In this document: positions 7,569 to 17,250 of the stretch, in pieces
How positions within the stretch are numbered: the stretch's first letter is position 1
Layout of the letters: every line of letters begins with the position of its first letter
Origin: Promethearchaeota archaeon
Lineage (GTDB): Archaea > Asgardarchaeota > Lokiarchaeia > Sigyniarchaeales > SOKP01
DNA: 64,000 bases
Assembly (NCBI GenBank): GCA_048940805.1
Contig: JBHLOF010000004.1
Location: 33,946-97,945, forward strand
Direction: 5' to 3'
Position numbers and translations under genes: made by a program
Notes under the pieces: generated by a model
Databases searched by the model: none
Told to the model about the DNA's origin: nothing
Seen by the model: only the letters and a program-made list of their open reading frames with translations

Positions 7569-9776
7569 TTGTTTTTTTTCAAAATGGGTCATAAAAAATC
7601 TATTAATTCTGAAACGATAGTAGAACGATTTGGTTTAGATTCAGACATTTATAAAGAGTTAATGAATTTTTTAAAAGAAAATCTTTCAAACGATTCCATT
7701 TATGAAAATAATCTAAAAGAATGGAATAAAGTTTTTACGAATATTTACGGGAATAATTTGAGTCCAGGTTTATTTTTGAAGCATACATATTTTGTCCTTA
7801 TATTAAAAATTGTTGTAGTTTATAAAATAAGTTTAGTAAAAGGCATTAACTTCGAAGAGATCTATAGTCGGTTAGCTGATATTGATAAAGAGGTATCTCA
7901 TATTTTTAATTTCAACTTTCTTTTTTGGTTTACTCCTAAAAAAGAGTTATTTGAAAAGGTGCTTAATGAGATTCAAGGCTTAGAGTTCGTAAAGGAAGAT
8001 ATCTTTAGTTATTTATATCAACATATCTTTGTTCCCGATATCAGGCATAAGAGAGGGGAATTCTTCACACCAACACGCCTTGTAAATAAGATGGTCGATA
8101 ATTCATACAAATTCGGATCAAAAGTTCTAGATCCTTCATGCGGTTCAGGTACGTTCTTAATAGGTATTATATTGAAGATTTTTGATTCTAACAAGTCAAA
8201 TCTGTCAAAATTTCAAGCATTTTCTAATGTTTTTGGTTTTGATGTGAATCCACTAGCGATAATCACAGCAAAAGCGAACATTTTCTTATTAATTATAGGA
8301 TATTTGGAGCCAAAGGATAATGCGATCTCACATATTAATATTTTCCATTGCGACTCCTTATTTCCAGAGGATTATGAGAATAAATCAGATGTTAATTTCA
8401 TCGATTTATATAATTCCTTCGATTTAATTATTGGAAATCCCCCCTGGATAACGTATAAAGATTTGAATAATAAGGCATATCAAAATAGAATTCGAGAATT
8501 AACTGATCAATTGAACATTAAACCCTCAAGTCAATACATTACTCACATTGAGTTAGCAACAGTTTTTTTTTATGCAATCCCAATCAAGTTTTTAAAAAAA
8601 AAAGGTGAAATCTTTTTTGTAATGCCTAAAAGCTGCTTGAATGGTGATCATTGCTATGAATTTAGGTCTTTTTCAATTTTTAATGCGGACCTAGAAATAT
8701 GGGATTTTCCCAATAATTACTTTTTCAATGTTGAACATGTTTGCTTAAAGGCTGAATACATTGGGATAAATGATAACATCTCAACTCGAGTACACTATCC
8801 AATTAAAGCTAAGATTTTTGATGGAAACATTAATCTTCTAAAAGAATTATCATATTCAAGTTTGAAAGTTGAGAATGATGGTGCACGGTTAATTTTGCCC
8901 GAACAAGATTTAAAAATTCTGAATCGAGTGGAAAATAGTGTTTATAAAAAAAGATTTGTTCAAGGAGCTACATTGGTCCCAAGAACACTTGTATTTTTCC
9001 AAATCAGAATAGAAAAAGATAACAGATTAATAATTGATTCTGATCCTGATGTATTATCAAGAGCAAAAGAAAAATGGATGTTCCGATTTCAAAATAAAGA
9101 AATTGAAGATAAATTCCATTTTAAAACATTTTTAAATATACATCTAATCCCATTTCATATAAAAATATTAAAAGATGTGTTTCTTCCAGTGGATGAGCAC
9201 CTTATGTTTAATATTGAATTTTTAAAACGCAATCCAAAAGCTTTTGAATTCTATAATGAAATAAATAATTTTTATCTAGAGAACAAAAAAGAAACAAGTG
9301 ATATTAATACCTTATCTGATAATTTAAATTATTGGAATAAATTGCAAAAGCAAGTAAATAATAAATCATTTATTGTTGTTTATAATGCTAGTGGCTCTAA
9401 TTTAAAAGCCGCGGTTATAAATAATGAGGATCAGAAAGTGATAATTGGATCTGAGAATTACTATCTTTCAACCGATTCAGAAGAAGAAGCTTATTATTTA
9501 TCTGCAATTTTGAATGCTCCCAATCTTTCAAGGAATATAAAGATAATAAAAAGTTCCAGGCACATACATAAACGACCCTTTAATTTCCCGATTCCTAATT
9601 ATAATCAAAATAATATAATTCATAAAAAATTAGCAAAAAAGGGAAAAAATTGTCATGTAGTAGTGCAAGAGTTATTTATGAATAATCCGAAAATTACTTC
9701 TAAAAAGGTAAGAATTTTCATTAATAGAAAGTTAGTAAAAATAGAAGAATTGACAGATAAGATTGTCTTCAAATAA
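7569..9776 (+). CDS. N6-adenine DNA methyltransferase (gamma-class, Eco57I/TaqI-like) with C-terminal target-recognition region
   Basis: Motif I 'VLDPSCGSGTFLI', 'FGFDVNPLAI', and motif IV 'DLIIGNPPWITYKD', in the order I then IV. An alternative ATG start exists at 7584. Confidence 0.85.
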   Translation: MFFFKMGHKKSINSETIVERFGLDSDIYKELMNFLKENLSNDSIYENNLKEWNKVFTNIYGNNLSPGLFLKHTYFVLILKIVVVYKISLVKGINFEEIYSRLADIDKEVSHIFNFNFLFWFTPKKELFEKVLNEIQGLEFVKEDIFSYLYQHIFVPDIRHKRGEFFTPTRLVNKMVDNSYKFGSKVLDPSCGSGTFLIGIILKIFDSNKSNLSKFQAFSNVFGFDVNPLAIITAKANIFLLIIGYLEPKDNAISHINIFHCDSLFPEDYENKSDVNFIDLYNSFDLIIGNPPWITYKDLNNKAYQNRIRELTDQLNIKPSSQYITHIELATVFFYAIPIKFLKKKGEIFFVMPKSCLNGDHCYEFRSFSIFNADLEIWDFPNNYFFNVEHVCLKAEYIGINDNISTRVHYPIKAKIFDGNINLLKELSYSSLKVENDGARLILPEQDLKILNRVENSVYKKRFVQGATLVPRTLVFFQIRIEKDNRLIIDSDPDVLSRAKEKWMFRFQNKEIEDKFHFKTFLNIHLIPFHIKILKDVFLPVDEHLMFNIEFLKRNPKAFEFYNEINNFYLENKKETSDINTLSDNLNYWNKLQKQVNNKSFIVVYNASGSNLKAAVINNEDQKVIIGSENYYLSTDSEEEAYYLSAILNAPNLSRNIKIIKSSRHIHKRPFNFPIPNYNQNNIIHKKLAKKGKNCHVVVQELFMNNPKITSKKVRIFINRKLVKIEELTDKIVFK

Positions 9777-9782
9777 AAAATT

Positions 9783-12700
9783 TCAAGCAAATTTTTCTTT
9801 CCACTCATCTAACGCATCAAGAAATTCTTTTTTGACTTTGTCTTCTAATATAGACCTTGTGGATCTTAATCGGCTAATCCATTGTCTTATTACATTTGCA
9901 GTAACAGCACCATGAGATTTCAATACTATATCTGAAATTTCTTGAAGGGAAATTGATAATATATTCCCTGGTGAAAGTTCTGTGTCTTGAATCAATTTAT
10001 CAATTAAAGAACTTAATCTACTACCACTATTAAAAGAGATTTCCAAATCTGGACTTTCAATTGAAGGCCCAAAATCTAATGATTGATTATTCTCATCTTC
10101 CTTAACGTATTTTTCTTTCCACTTGAAAAACACCATTACAAAATCTTCTTTAATCTCGCCACTGAGTGGATTCTTGATTTTACGGAGTTTGCTAACCCAA
10201 TCTTTTATATCTTTTAGAATCACAGAATATCCTTCTGTTTCCAAAATAATATCAACTATATTTTGCATACATTTACTGATGTCAATTCCACTTAATTCTG
10301 AGAAATTTTTTTCAATAGTCTCAAAATTTTCTCTTAATTCTGATGAAGGATCCTTCTTACTTGATTCTACGCTTCCAGTTATAGGCGAAATATTGTCATC
10401 TGTTTGGAATTGAGATTGAGACAAACCAGGACTAAAATATTCTTCTTCATAAACAGAAATTGAATTTTCTGCCTTTGATTTAGAAGCTGAAGGATTAATA
10501 GAAGACTGATCAACTCTTGATGAGTCACTTGGATGAGTGTGATTCAATATTCCCCATTTCCACCTTAATAAATCACTTTTAATTTGTTCTCTCTTTGATT
10601 CTTCCAAGATTTCATCGGTATCTGTCAAATTTTTCTTCCATTTGATAATTTGGGGATATCCTTGTAATTCTAGAACTACTTCAACTAATTTTTCAATCTG
10701 TTCTTTTAATTCTTTCTCGCTAAATTCTCCTATTTTTTTAAGAAAGATTTCAAATGTTTTATTGATTTTATCGGGATCGACCGTTTCAACTTTATATTCT
10801 TCCGAAATCATTTCCTCCTCTAAATCTTTTTGAACTCGTTCTTCGATTAGGGGGGGTCGGAATTCAGGGGGATAAATTAATTCAGTAGAGGAAAATTCAC
10901 TATTCAATCTATTAAGTTCATTAATAACATATTCTTTCAATTCATCAGATAAGGGAGTAAAAAGCTTCTCTATTTTTCCAATCAGTAATTTAAGCTCTAA
11001 TAAGTTAAGCGAGATTCCATTATTTTCAAAAGCAACGTCTAATAGCTTTTTTAATCTTTTAGCTATTTTTCTACCGGAATATTCATTTATATTTTCAATA
11101 ACTTCATTAAATCCTTTATTAATTTGGACATCTCTAGAAGGAAGAGCTTCATTTTTAATTTTAGATACAATTGGAATAAATAGATCAATCAACGGCCTAA
11201 AAGTAGTGTAAAAGCCGATTATATCATAATAAGGTTTCTGATCAATTTTTTGAAAAATTCCAAAAACCAAGTATGATTTATCCCCCAAAATCGCAATTGA
11301 TTTATTATCTAATAATCTTAAATAATCAAAATTTGGCTTTTCCCTAATAGCTGATGCATATTTGTTATTATGATCTTCCGATGAAATAAATGTGATATGT
11401 GGACCCATGTAATCAACTTTTTTATTCATTATTTTCTCTAAAGAAGATTTTTCTAATTCATTATTATCAGATGAATTTTCTGTTGTTTCTTCTATCTCCA
11501 CCTCTACTTTTAGAGTATATTCTTTTTTCCACTTTTCTATATGTTCTAAAAGTAAATACTGAGTATTTGAATCTAAATGTTTTCTAATGACTAACAACCT
11601 ATTTAACCACCCTTGTATGCTCTCGATAACTACCGATTCAGGATGAATTTCAGATATTTTTGACAATACTTCAGCAATATGATGACTGATTTCAAATCCT
11701 TTAAGCTCAGATACTTTTTTTGATACATTATCTAGCATTTGTTCAAATTCTTGCTTATGCTGCTTTGAAATGGATAGTTGTTTTTTCTGAGGTTTTTGAG
11801 GTTTAGTCTGAGTTTTCTCGCTTAGTGAAAATTCACTTTTTGTTTCAGCAAAAGAATCTAGATTTAATTTCTCTAGTGGAATAAAATTTGATAAACTGGG
11901 AACGATGATAGTTAACTCCTCTGTCGATTTATCAATTAAGATTGACACAATCTCTCTAATTTTCTCATAACTACTCACAGACAATAATTTCTCAAACACA
12001 AAACCATCGTTGCTGATGTAATCAGTTAGAATGTTGTATAATGACCTTTCTAACTTTTCAAATTTTCGAGCACTCAAGGAACTCTGTCCACCAGGTTTAA
12101 GAGAGAGTTCATTTATTCTTTTGTTAAGTGATTCACCTAAGTTTCTAATGAAGGTCTTAAAAGCATCAACTTGTTGAGGATTATCTGGATTCTCCATATC
12201 TTTTACGATAGCTCTAAATTGGGAAAACATATTTCCTGCAATTTCTTCAGATTCACTTACTTTTTTCTTAACAGCTGTGATCAACTTATTAATATCTCTA
12301 GCATCTATGGCTGACTGATTCTTTAGTGGGGTAATTAATTTGATTATATCAGTAAGGATTACTTCAGCAAACTTCTTAACATTTAGTTCAACTTCAGATA
12401 AAACTTCAGTTGTCTGACTGGTGTTGCTCTGATCGCATGTAGCATCAAGTAAATCTTGACTGATTCTTTCGAGATCTTGAAATAAATCATCTTGAAATTT
12501 TTCTAGATTTGAATCTTGCTTTACTTCATTTTTTTGAGCTTCAGAGGATTCTTCTATTAATTCTGTTATACTATTTAATATAGCCGCAATAGGGGGAATT
12601 GTAACATAATGAGGTAAAGAAGATGATGTCTGAAGGAGTAATTTTTTCTCAACAAGATTATCAATAATTTGTTGTATCTCTTCTTCTGATTGTTCACTCA

Positions 12701-12806
12701 TCATAGCTTTTATTTCATCCAAAGTTAGAGGAACTTTTCTCATACTCTCAGAATAAAGCTTAATTTCTTTATCAGAAAGATTAAACGATTTCAAAAGGGC
12801 TCTCAT
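9783..12806 (-). CDS. 1007-aa TrmB-like winged-helix protein with coiled coils, TrmB-C-like segments and four copies of a ~55-aa two-Trp repeat module
   Basis: N-terminus 'FNLSDKEIKLYSESMRKVPLTLDEIKAMM..IIDNLVEKKLL' matches the TrmB-type wHTH pattern. Internal repeats are listed in the findings. Confidence 0.6.
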   Translation of the reverse strand: MRALLKSFNLSDKEIKLYSESMRKVPLTLDEIKAMMSEQSEEEIQQIIDNLVEKKLLLQTSSSLPHYVTIPPIAAILNSITELIEESSEAQKNEVKQDSNLEKFQDDLFQDLERISQDLLDATCDQSNTSQTTEVLSEVELNVKKFAEVILTDIIKLITPLKNQSAIDARDINKLITAVKKKVSESEEIAGNMFSQFRAIVKDMENPDNPQQVDAFKTFIRNLGESLNKRINELSLKPGGQSSLSARKFEKLERSLYNILTDYISNDGFVFEKLLSVSSYEKIREIVSILIDKSTEELTIIVPSLSNFIPLEKLNLDSFAETKSEFSLSEKTQTKPQKPQKKQLSISKQHKQEFEQMLDNVSKKVSELKGFEISHHIAEVLSKISEIHPESVVIESIQGWLNRLLVIRKHLDSNTQYLLLEHIEKWKKEYTLKVEVEIEETTENSSDNNELEKSSLEKIMNKKVDYMGPHITFISSEDHNNKYASAIREKPNFDYLRLLDNKSIAILGDKSYLVFGIFQKIDQKPYYDIIGFYTTFRPLIDLFIPIVSKIKNEALPSRDVQINKGFNEVIENINEYSGRKIAKRLKKLLDVAFENNGISLNLLELKLLIGKIEKLFTPLSDELKEYVINELNRLNSEFSSTELIYPPEFRPPLIEERVQKDLEEEMISEEYKVETVDPDKINKTFEIFLKKIGEFSEKELKEQIEKLVEVVLELQGYPQIIKWKKNLTDTDEILEESKREQIKSDLLRWKWGILNHTHPSDSSRVDQSSINPSASKSKAENSISVYEEEYFSPGLSQSQFQTDDNISPITGSVESSKKDPSSELRENFETIEKNFSELSGIDISKCMQNIVDIILETEGYSVILKDIKDWVSKLRKIKNPLSGEIKEDFVMVFFKWKEKYVKEDENNQSLDFGPSIESPDLEISFNSGSRLSSLIDKLIQDTELSPGNILSISLQEISDIVLKSHGAVTANVIRQWISRLRSTRSILEDKVKKEFLDALDEWKEKFA

Positions 12807-13195
12807 TTTTCAAATCTCAATTTTCTGTAAGGGTAAATTATTTATAGTTTCCTTATATATCATGAAACTTCTTACTTTTTAATTTTCTGATAACAAAAAC
12901 TTGGGATTATTAAATGTACAACAAAACTAAATTTAAATCGACTATCAATATGATTAATTGTTTTATTTAAGACAATAAAAACTAAATTAAGTGATTCCGA
13001 CATAAGATTTAGGAATCAGTATCATTAAAATAATGTACTTTAATTCATTTTTAGAAGACATCTATACGAAATTTGATTCCAAGAATAAAAAATCCTTAAA
13101 AGGCAACCAAATTTTTTTGAAAAGGTTTTTCTTTAATGAAATATTATTTTAAGTGAAGTTGTGTGAAAAAAAGAATAAATTAATTGTGAAATAAA

Positions 13196-14347
13196 CTGAA
13201 TTTTGAAGAAATTGGCATTAACCATGGAAATGTTAATGCTTTACGGAATTTGAATATACTCTCGCCGACGCCTGTTCAGAAAAAAGCAATACCTTTAATC
13301 TTAAAGGGCAATAATATTATGGCTCAAGCTAAAACTGGGAGTGGAAAGACTTTAGCCTTTGTACTTCCTGTTATCGAACGACTAGCTTTTAAACAAGTTG
13401 AGTGTTTGATTTTGGAACCGACTAGAGAACTTGCTAAACAAGTTCATGATGTAATTAAAAGTTTAGGGAACCATAAAGTAAAATCACTTCCAATTTATGG
13501 AGGTGTGTCTATTGCTAATCAGATAAGGAAGCTAGAGCAGGGGGTTAATATTGTTGTGGGGACTCCTGGACGTATAATTGATTTATATAAGAGACGGAAC
13601 TTAAAGTTTAATAATATTAAATTTGCAATTGTCGATGAAAGTGATCGTATGTTTGATATGGGATTTGCTCCCGATGTTAAATATATTTTAAATCAAATAA
13701 AAACCGATTATCAATTTTTATTATTTTCGGCAACTTTAAGTTCTGATATAAGAAGATTAGTTAAGAAGTTTTCTAGAAACCGATTTGAGTTTCTTAATTT
13801 AAGTAGAGACAATCTAACGGTGGGTAGTACAAAACAATTTTACTACATGATCGATAGATTCGAAGAAAAATTTCGTACTTTTCTAAAAGTGTTGAAAAGA
13901 GAAAAACCAAAACATACTTTAGTATTTGTTAATACAAAAAAAACTGCTACTTGGTTGTCAAATAAATTAAGAACACTGAAAAATTTTAACTATAGAGTTA
14001 ATGTAATCTCAGGAAGCTTATCTCAAGCTCAACGGGAAAAAATTCTTTCAGCTTTTAGAGATCACAAAATTAATATGATGATTGCTACAGATGTCGCTGC
14101 TAGAGGTTTAGATATAGAAAATATTTCTCATGTTATAAATTATGATGTCCCCAAATATCCTGATGTATACGTTCATCGGATTGGACGCACATCAAGGATG
14201 GGTAAAAGGGGTGTCGCAATTACATTATGTCTAAGAGATGAGTATGAATACTTGTGTCATATTGAAGGTTTAATAGATAAGGAAATTAGGGAAAAAATCT
14301 TAGAAAGAAAAAAAGATACAAGAAAATATCATAATCCTTTCTACTAG
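13196..14347 (+). CDS. DEAD-box ATP-dependent RNA helicase (motif II variant DESD)
   Basis: Q motif 'F..(17)..PTPVQ', motif I 'AQAKTGSGKT', motif II 'VDESD', motif III 'SAT', motif VI 'HRIGRTSRMG'. The Q-motif Phe lies upstream of the TTG at 13250 used by the ORF track, so I extended the start to CTG 13196. Confidence 0.9.
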   Translation: MNFEEIGINHGNVNALRNLNILSPTPVQKKAIPLILKGNNIMAQAKTGSGKTLAFVLPVIERLAFKQVECLILEPTRELAKQVHDVIKSLGNHKVKSLPIYGGVSIANQIRKLEQGVNIVVGTPGRIIDLYKRRNLKFNNIKFAIVDESDRMFDMGFAPDVKYILNQIKTDYQFLLFSATLSSDIRRLVKKFSRNRFEFLNLSRDNLTVGSTKQFYYMIDRFEEKFRTFLKVLKREKPKHTLVFVNTKKTATWLSNKLRTLKNFNYRVNVISGSLSQAQREKILSAFRDHKINMMIATDVAARGLDIENISHVINYDVPKYPDVYVHRIGRTSRMGKRGVAITLCLRDEYEYLCHIEGLIDKEIREKILERKKDTRKYHNPFY

Positions 14348-14379
14348 ACTATTCTTGTTAGAAAAAATTAATTTATCAA

Positions 14380-15114
14380 TCACTTCTGTAGAGCCTTTAA
14401 TGCAATTTTAGCTACATTTCGCGCTTCTTCTACGTCCACCATACCAATTACGACAGCACGAATATTATGTTTTGAAATGTATTCATATGCCAATGTTGGG
14501 TCTAAATTTCCAGCTGCGAGAGTTTTCATGCCCATAAATGCTGTTTCATTTTTACTATCAATTAAATTCTCTAATTTTTGTTGATTTCCCATCAAAAAAC
14601 CCTTTGCATTAAAAGGTACTAAGTAAGTTTTAACCCCCAAATAATTTTTAAAAGCAAATTCCATTGTTGATATGGGATTATGAACCGCAAGGCCTGGAAT
14701 TATTCCCCTCGAAGAGATATCTTCCACTAATTTAGTAACACGATCACTTCTGTTATCTGAAATTGAAGCATGTACAAAAATAATTTTTGCATCTAAATCA
14801 ACTAATTGCTCTATGCCCGGATCAGGAGACATTTGAGGAAGTGTAGATCCTGTTATTATATAGTCGTCATGCGTTTCTTTCATTATCTTAACAGCTTCAA
14901 TTACTTTCCCGAAGGGAATCGCCCCTATTCCTCTTCCTCCTCCTTCATAGCACGCTTCCATAATTTCCAGCATTGCGTCTGCATTATTAAAAAATTTTTC
15001 ACGATAGATTTCTGCTTTCGCACCAAATTGACCGGAACCTGCAAATGGGGAGACTCCGGTTGAAACTAATGGTATTTTTACTCCTTCAAATACAGTATAT
15101 AACTTTATTCCCAT
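14380..15114 (-). CDS. hypothetical alpha/beta (possibly TIM-barrel-like) protein
   Basis: A 244-aa ORF with coherent alternating beta/alpha-like composition. I recognised no family motif. Confidence 0.4.
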   Translation of the reverse strand: MGIKLYTVFEGVKIPLVSTGVSPFAGSGQFGAKAEIYREKFFNNADAMLEIMEACYEGGGRGIGAIPFGKVIEAVKIMKETHDDYIITGSTLPQMSPDPGIEQLVDLDAKIIFVHASISDNRSDRVTKLVEDISSRGIIPGLAVHNPISTMEFAFKNYLGVKTYLVPFNAKGFLMGNQQKLENLIDSKNETAFMGMKTLAAGNLDPTLAYEYISKHNIRAVVIGMVDVEEARNVAKIALKALQK

Positions 15115-15139
15115 TTAGATCACGATTTAATATATATTT

Positions 15140-16339
15140 TTACTGTATCTTCCCTGCAAAATCTTTTCCAAATTCAACACATTTTGCTATACTTTCATCA
15201 TCGGGATTCCATTTGGCACGAATTCCATCATTGATAATCAAAAATCCTGATTTTTCTAGATGATCTGTTAATATTTTAACAGACTCACCACTCCAGCCAT
15301 AACATCCAAATGCTGCAGCTTTTTTTTTCTTAAACCGTAATCCTTTGATCATTTCCATAATTTCTGCAATAGAGGAGAGAATTCCTTTCCCTATCGTGGG
15401 AGAACCAACTAGAATTGCCTTAGATTTAAAAATTTCTGTGATTATATCGTTTTTATCAGAATTAGCAACGTTAAAGATTTTAATGTTGATTTCAGAATCG
15501 GCTTGTTGAATCCCTTTCGCTATAAAATCTGCCATCCTACGAGTTCCCTGCCACATTGTATCATATATAATTGTGATTTGATTTTCTTGGTAATCGTTTG
15601 ACCAAGTTAAGTATTTCTCTACTATTTGAATAGGATTATCTCTCCAAATAACGCCATGACTTGTGGCAATTATATCTATCGGGATTTTGAGTTCAAGAAC
15701 CTCTTTGATTTTTTTATCAACAAGAGCACTAAAAGGTGTAAGAATGTTAGCATAATACTTAATGCATTCTGTAAAAAGTTCGTTTTGATTGACTAGATCA
15801 TTATACATAAATTCACTTGCATAATGTTGCCCAAATGCATCATTACTAAAAAAAATATTATCTCCTGTCAAATAACATGCCATACTGTCGGGCCAATGAA
15901 GCATTCTCATCTCAACAAATATTAAATCTTTACCATTTCCAAGGCTCAGTTTATCCCCTGTTTTTACAACTTGAAAATTCCAATCTTTATGATAATGTCC
16001 TTTTAATGATTCAACACCATTTTTTGTACAGTATACAGGAGTATCTGGAATTTTTTCCATAAGTTCTGGTAACGCTCCGCTGTGATCGATTTCTGCATGA
16101 TTTGCTATGATATAGTCAATTTTTTCTAAATCAATTTCACGAGCGAGATTTTCAACAAATTCTTTTGAATAAGGTAACCAAACCGTATCAATTAATGCTA
16201 CTTTCTCCTCCTTAATTAGGTAAGAATTGTAAGTTGTTGCTCTATGTGTGGAATATTCATTTCCATGGAATTTTCTTAACTCCCAATCGACTTTTCCGAC
16301 CCAATATACATTACTTTTGATATTAAAGCTCATTTTCAT
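15140..16339 (-). CDS. flavodiiron protein (metallo-beta-lactamase-like plus flavodoxin domains; O2/NO reductase type)
   Basis: Di-iron ligand motif 'HAEIDHSG'. C-terminal flavodoxin-like 'ILVGSPTIGKG'. The ~400 aa length is typical of FprA-type FDPs. Confidence 0.9.
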   Translation of the reverse strand: MKMSFNIKSNVYWVGKVDWELRKFHGNEYSTHRATTYNSYLIKEEKVALIDTVWLPYSKEFVENLAREIDLEKIDYIIANHAEIDHSGALPELMEKIPDTPVYCTKNGVESLKGHYHKDWNFQVVKTGDKLSLGNGKDLIFVEMRMLHWPDSMACYLTGDNIFFSNDAFGQHYASEFMYNDLVNQNELFTECIKYYANILTPFSALVDKKIKEVLELKIPIDIIATSHGVIWRDNPIQIVEKYLTWSNDYQENQITIIYDTMWQGTRRMADFIAKGIQQADSEINIKIFNVANSDKNDIITEIFKSKAILVGSPTIGKGILSSIAEIMEMIKGLRFKKKKAAAFGCYGWSGESVKILTDHLEKSGFLIINDGIRAKWNPDDESIAKCVEFGKDFAGKIQ

Positions 16340-16585
16340 TTTCTAAGTAGTATGTTTTTATATTTATTATAGTTATTTTGTATTTTATCTTAATCATTAA
16401 AATTTATTAATTTTTAAAGATCTATTCTTTATTCATAATATTTAGATATTAGTCTTAAATACATACAAGAATACGACTTTCTTTAGTTAAAAATCACAAA
16501 ACTTTTCTTTTGCAAATTTTTATATTACAAGAGTCTTATAGATTTTATAAGATCTAATTTAAATTAACTAATTTTGTTAAAAATT

Positions 16586-16590
16586 GAGGT
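16586..16590 (+). promoter_or_regulatory. Shine-Dalgarno-like GAGGT upstream of the GTPase TTG start
   Basis: GAGGT lies 9 nt upstream of TTG 16600. Confidence 0.35.
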
Positions 16591-16599
16591 TCGATAAAT

Positions 16600-17214
16600 T
16601 TGCCTAGCCGTCGTGGGGATGGAACACTTGTATTCAAAATTTGTTTTTATGGACCTTCACTTGGGGGAAAAACTACCGCACTTGATTGGGTTTATCGTCG
16701 TGAAGGTTTAGCTTCAGGTGATATGCAACAAATTCAAGACCCAACAGGACGTACTTTGTTTTTTGATCGGGTAGTAGCAAGAGTTTCTAATGTTGTGTTC
16801 CAGGTTTATACAGTTGCAGGTCAGAGACGTCACAAATTTCAAAGACAAACGGTATTGAAGGGAACTGACGCAGTCATATTCACATGGGATTCTTTAATAG
16901 ATCAATGGGAAGAAGATATGTGGTCTCTTAAAGAACTGCTCAGATTCTACGGAGATAAATTAATCCCTCCCGAAGCTTTCGCCCCACCAGAGGTACCTCT
17001 TGTATTGTTAGCAAACAAACGTGATTTAGTAGATATCGTGGAGATTTCTAAAATACGGAAAGTCTTAGATGTCGCCAGGCTAAATCACTGTTTAATTTAT
17101 GAAACGATTGCGATCCAAGGAATTAATGTAAAACGGGCTTTTGTATATGCAGCCCGTCAAGCAGTGCTTAATCATTATAAAAAACTTTCAGGAAAGTCAA
17201 TGGAAGAAACCTAA
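16600..17214 (+). CDS. MglA-type small Ras-superfamily GTPase
   Basis: P-loop 'YGPSLGGKTT', 'GRTLFFD', G3 'TVAGQ' (Thr instead of the Ras Asp) and G4 'NKRD'. Layout is collinear with bacterial MglA. Confidence 0.8.
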   Translation: MPSRRGDGTLVFKICFYGPSLGGKTTALDWVYRREGLASGDMQQIQDPTGRTLFFDRVVARVSNVVFQVYTVAGQRRHKFQRQTVLKGTDAVIFTWDSLIDQWEEDMWSLKELLRFYGDKLIPPEAFAPPEVPLVLLANKRDLVDIVEISKIRKVLDVARLNHCLIYETIAIQGINVKRAFVYAARQAVLNHYKKLSGKSMEET

Positions 17215-17228
17215 ATATAATGATCTAC

Positions 17229-17235
17229 TTTTTTT
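17229..17235. terminator. oligo-T/A tract between convergent genes
   Basis: T7 run in the 36-nt gap between the GTPase (+) and the phosphoesterase (-). Confidence 0.3.
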
Positions 17236-17250
17236 AGCCTACTTTTAATT

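Noticed and set aside
12992-13018. An inverted repeat TGATTCC-N13-GGAATCA in the 440-nt divergent intergenic region.
   Set aside because: It is a single 7-bp inverted repeat. In AT-rich sequence this is within chance expectation, and I found no second copy.
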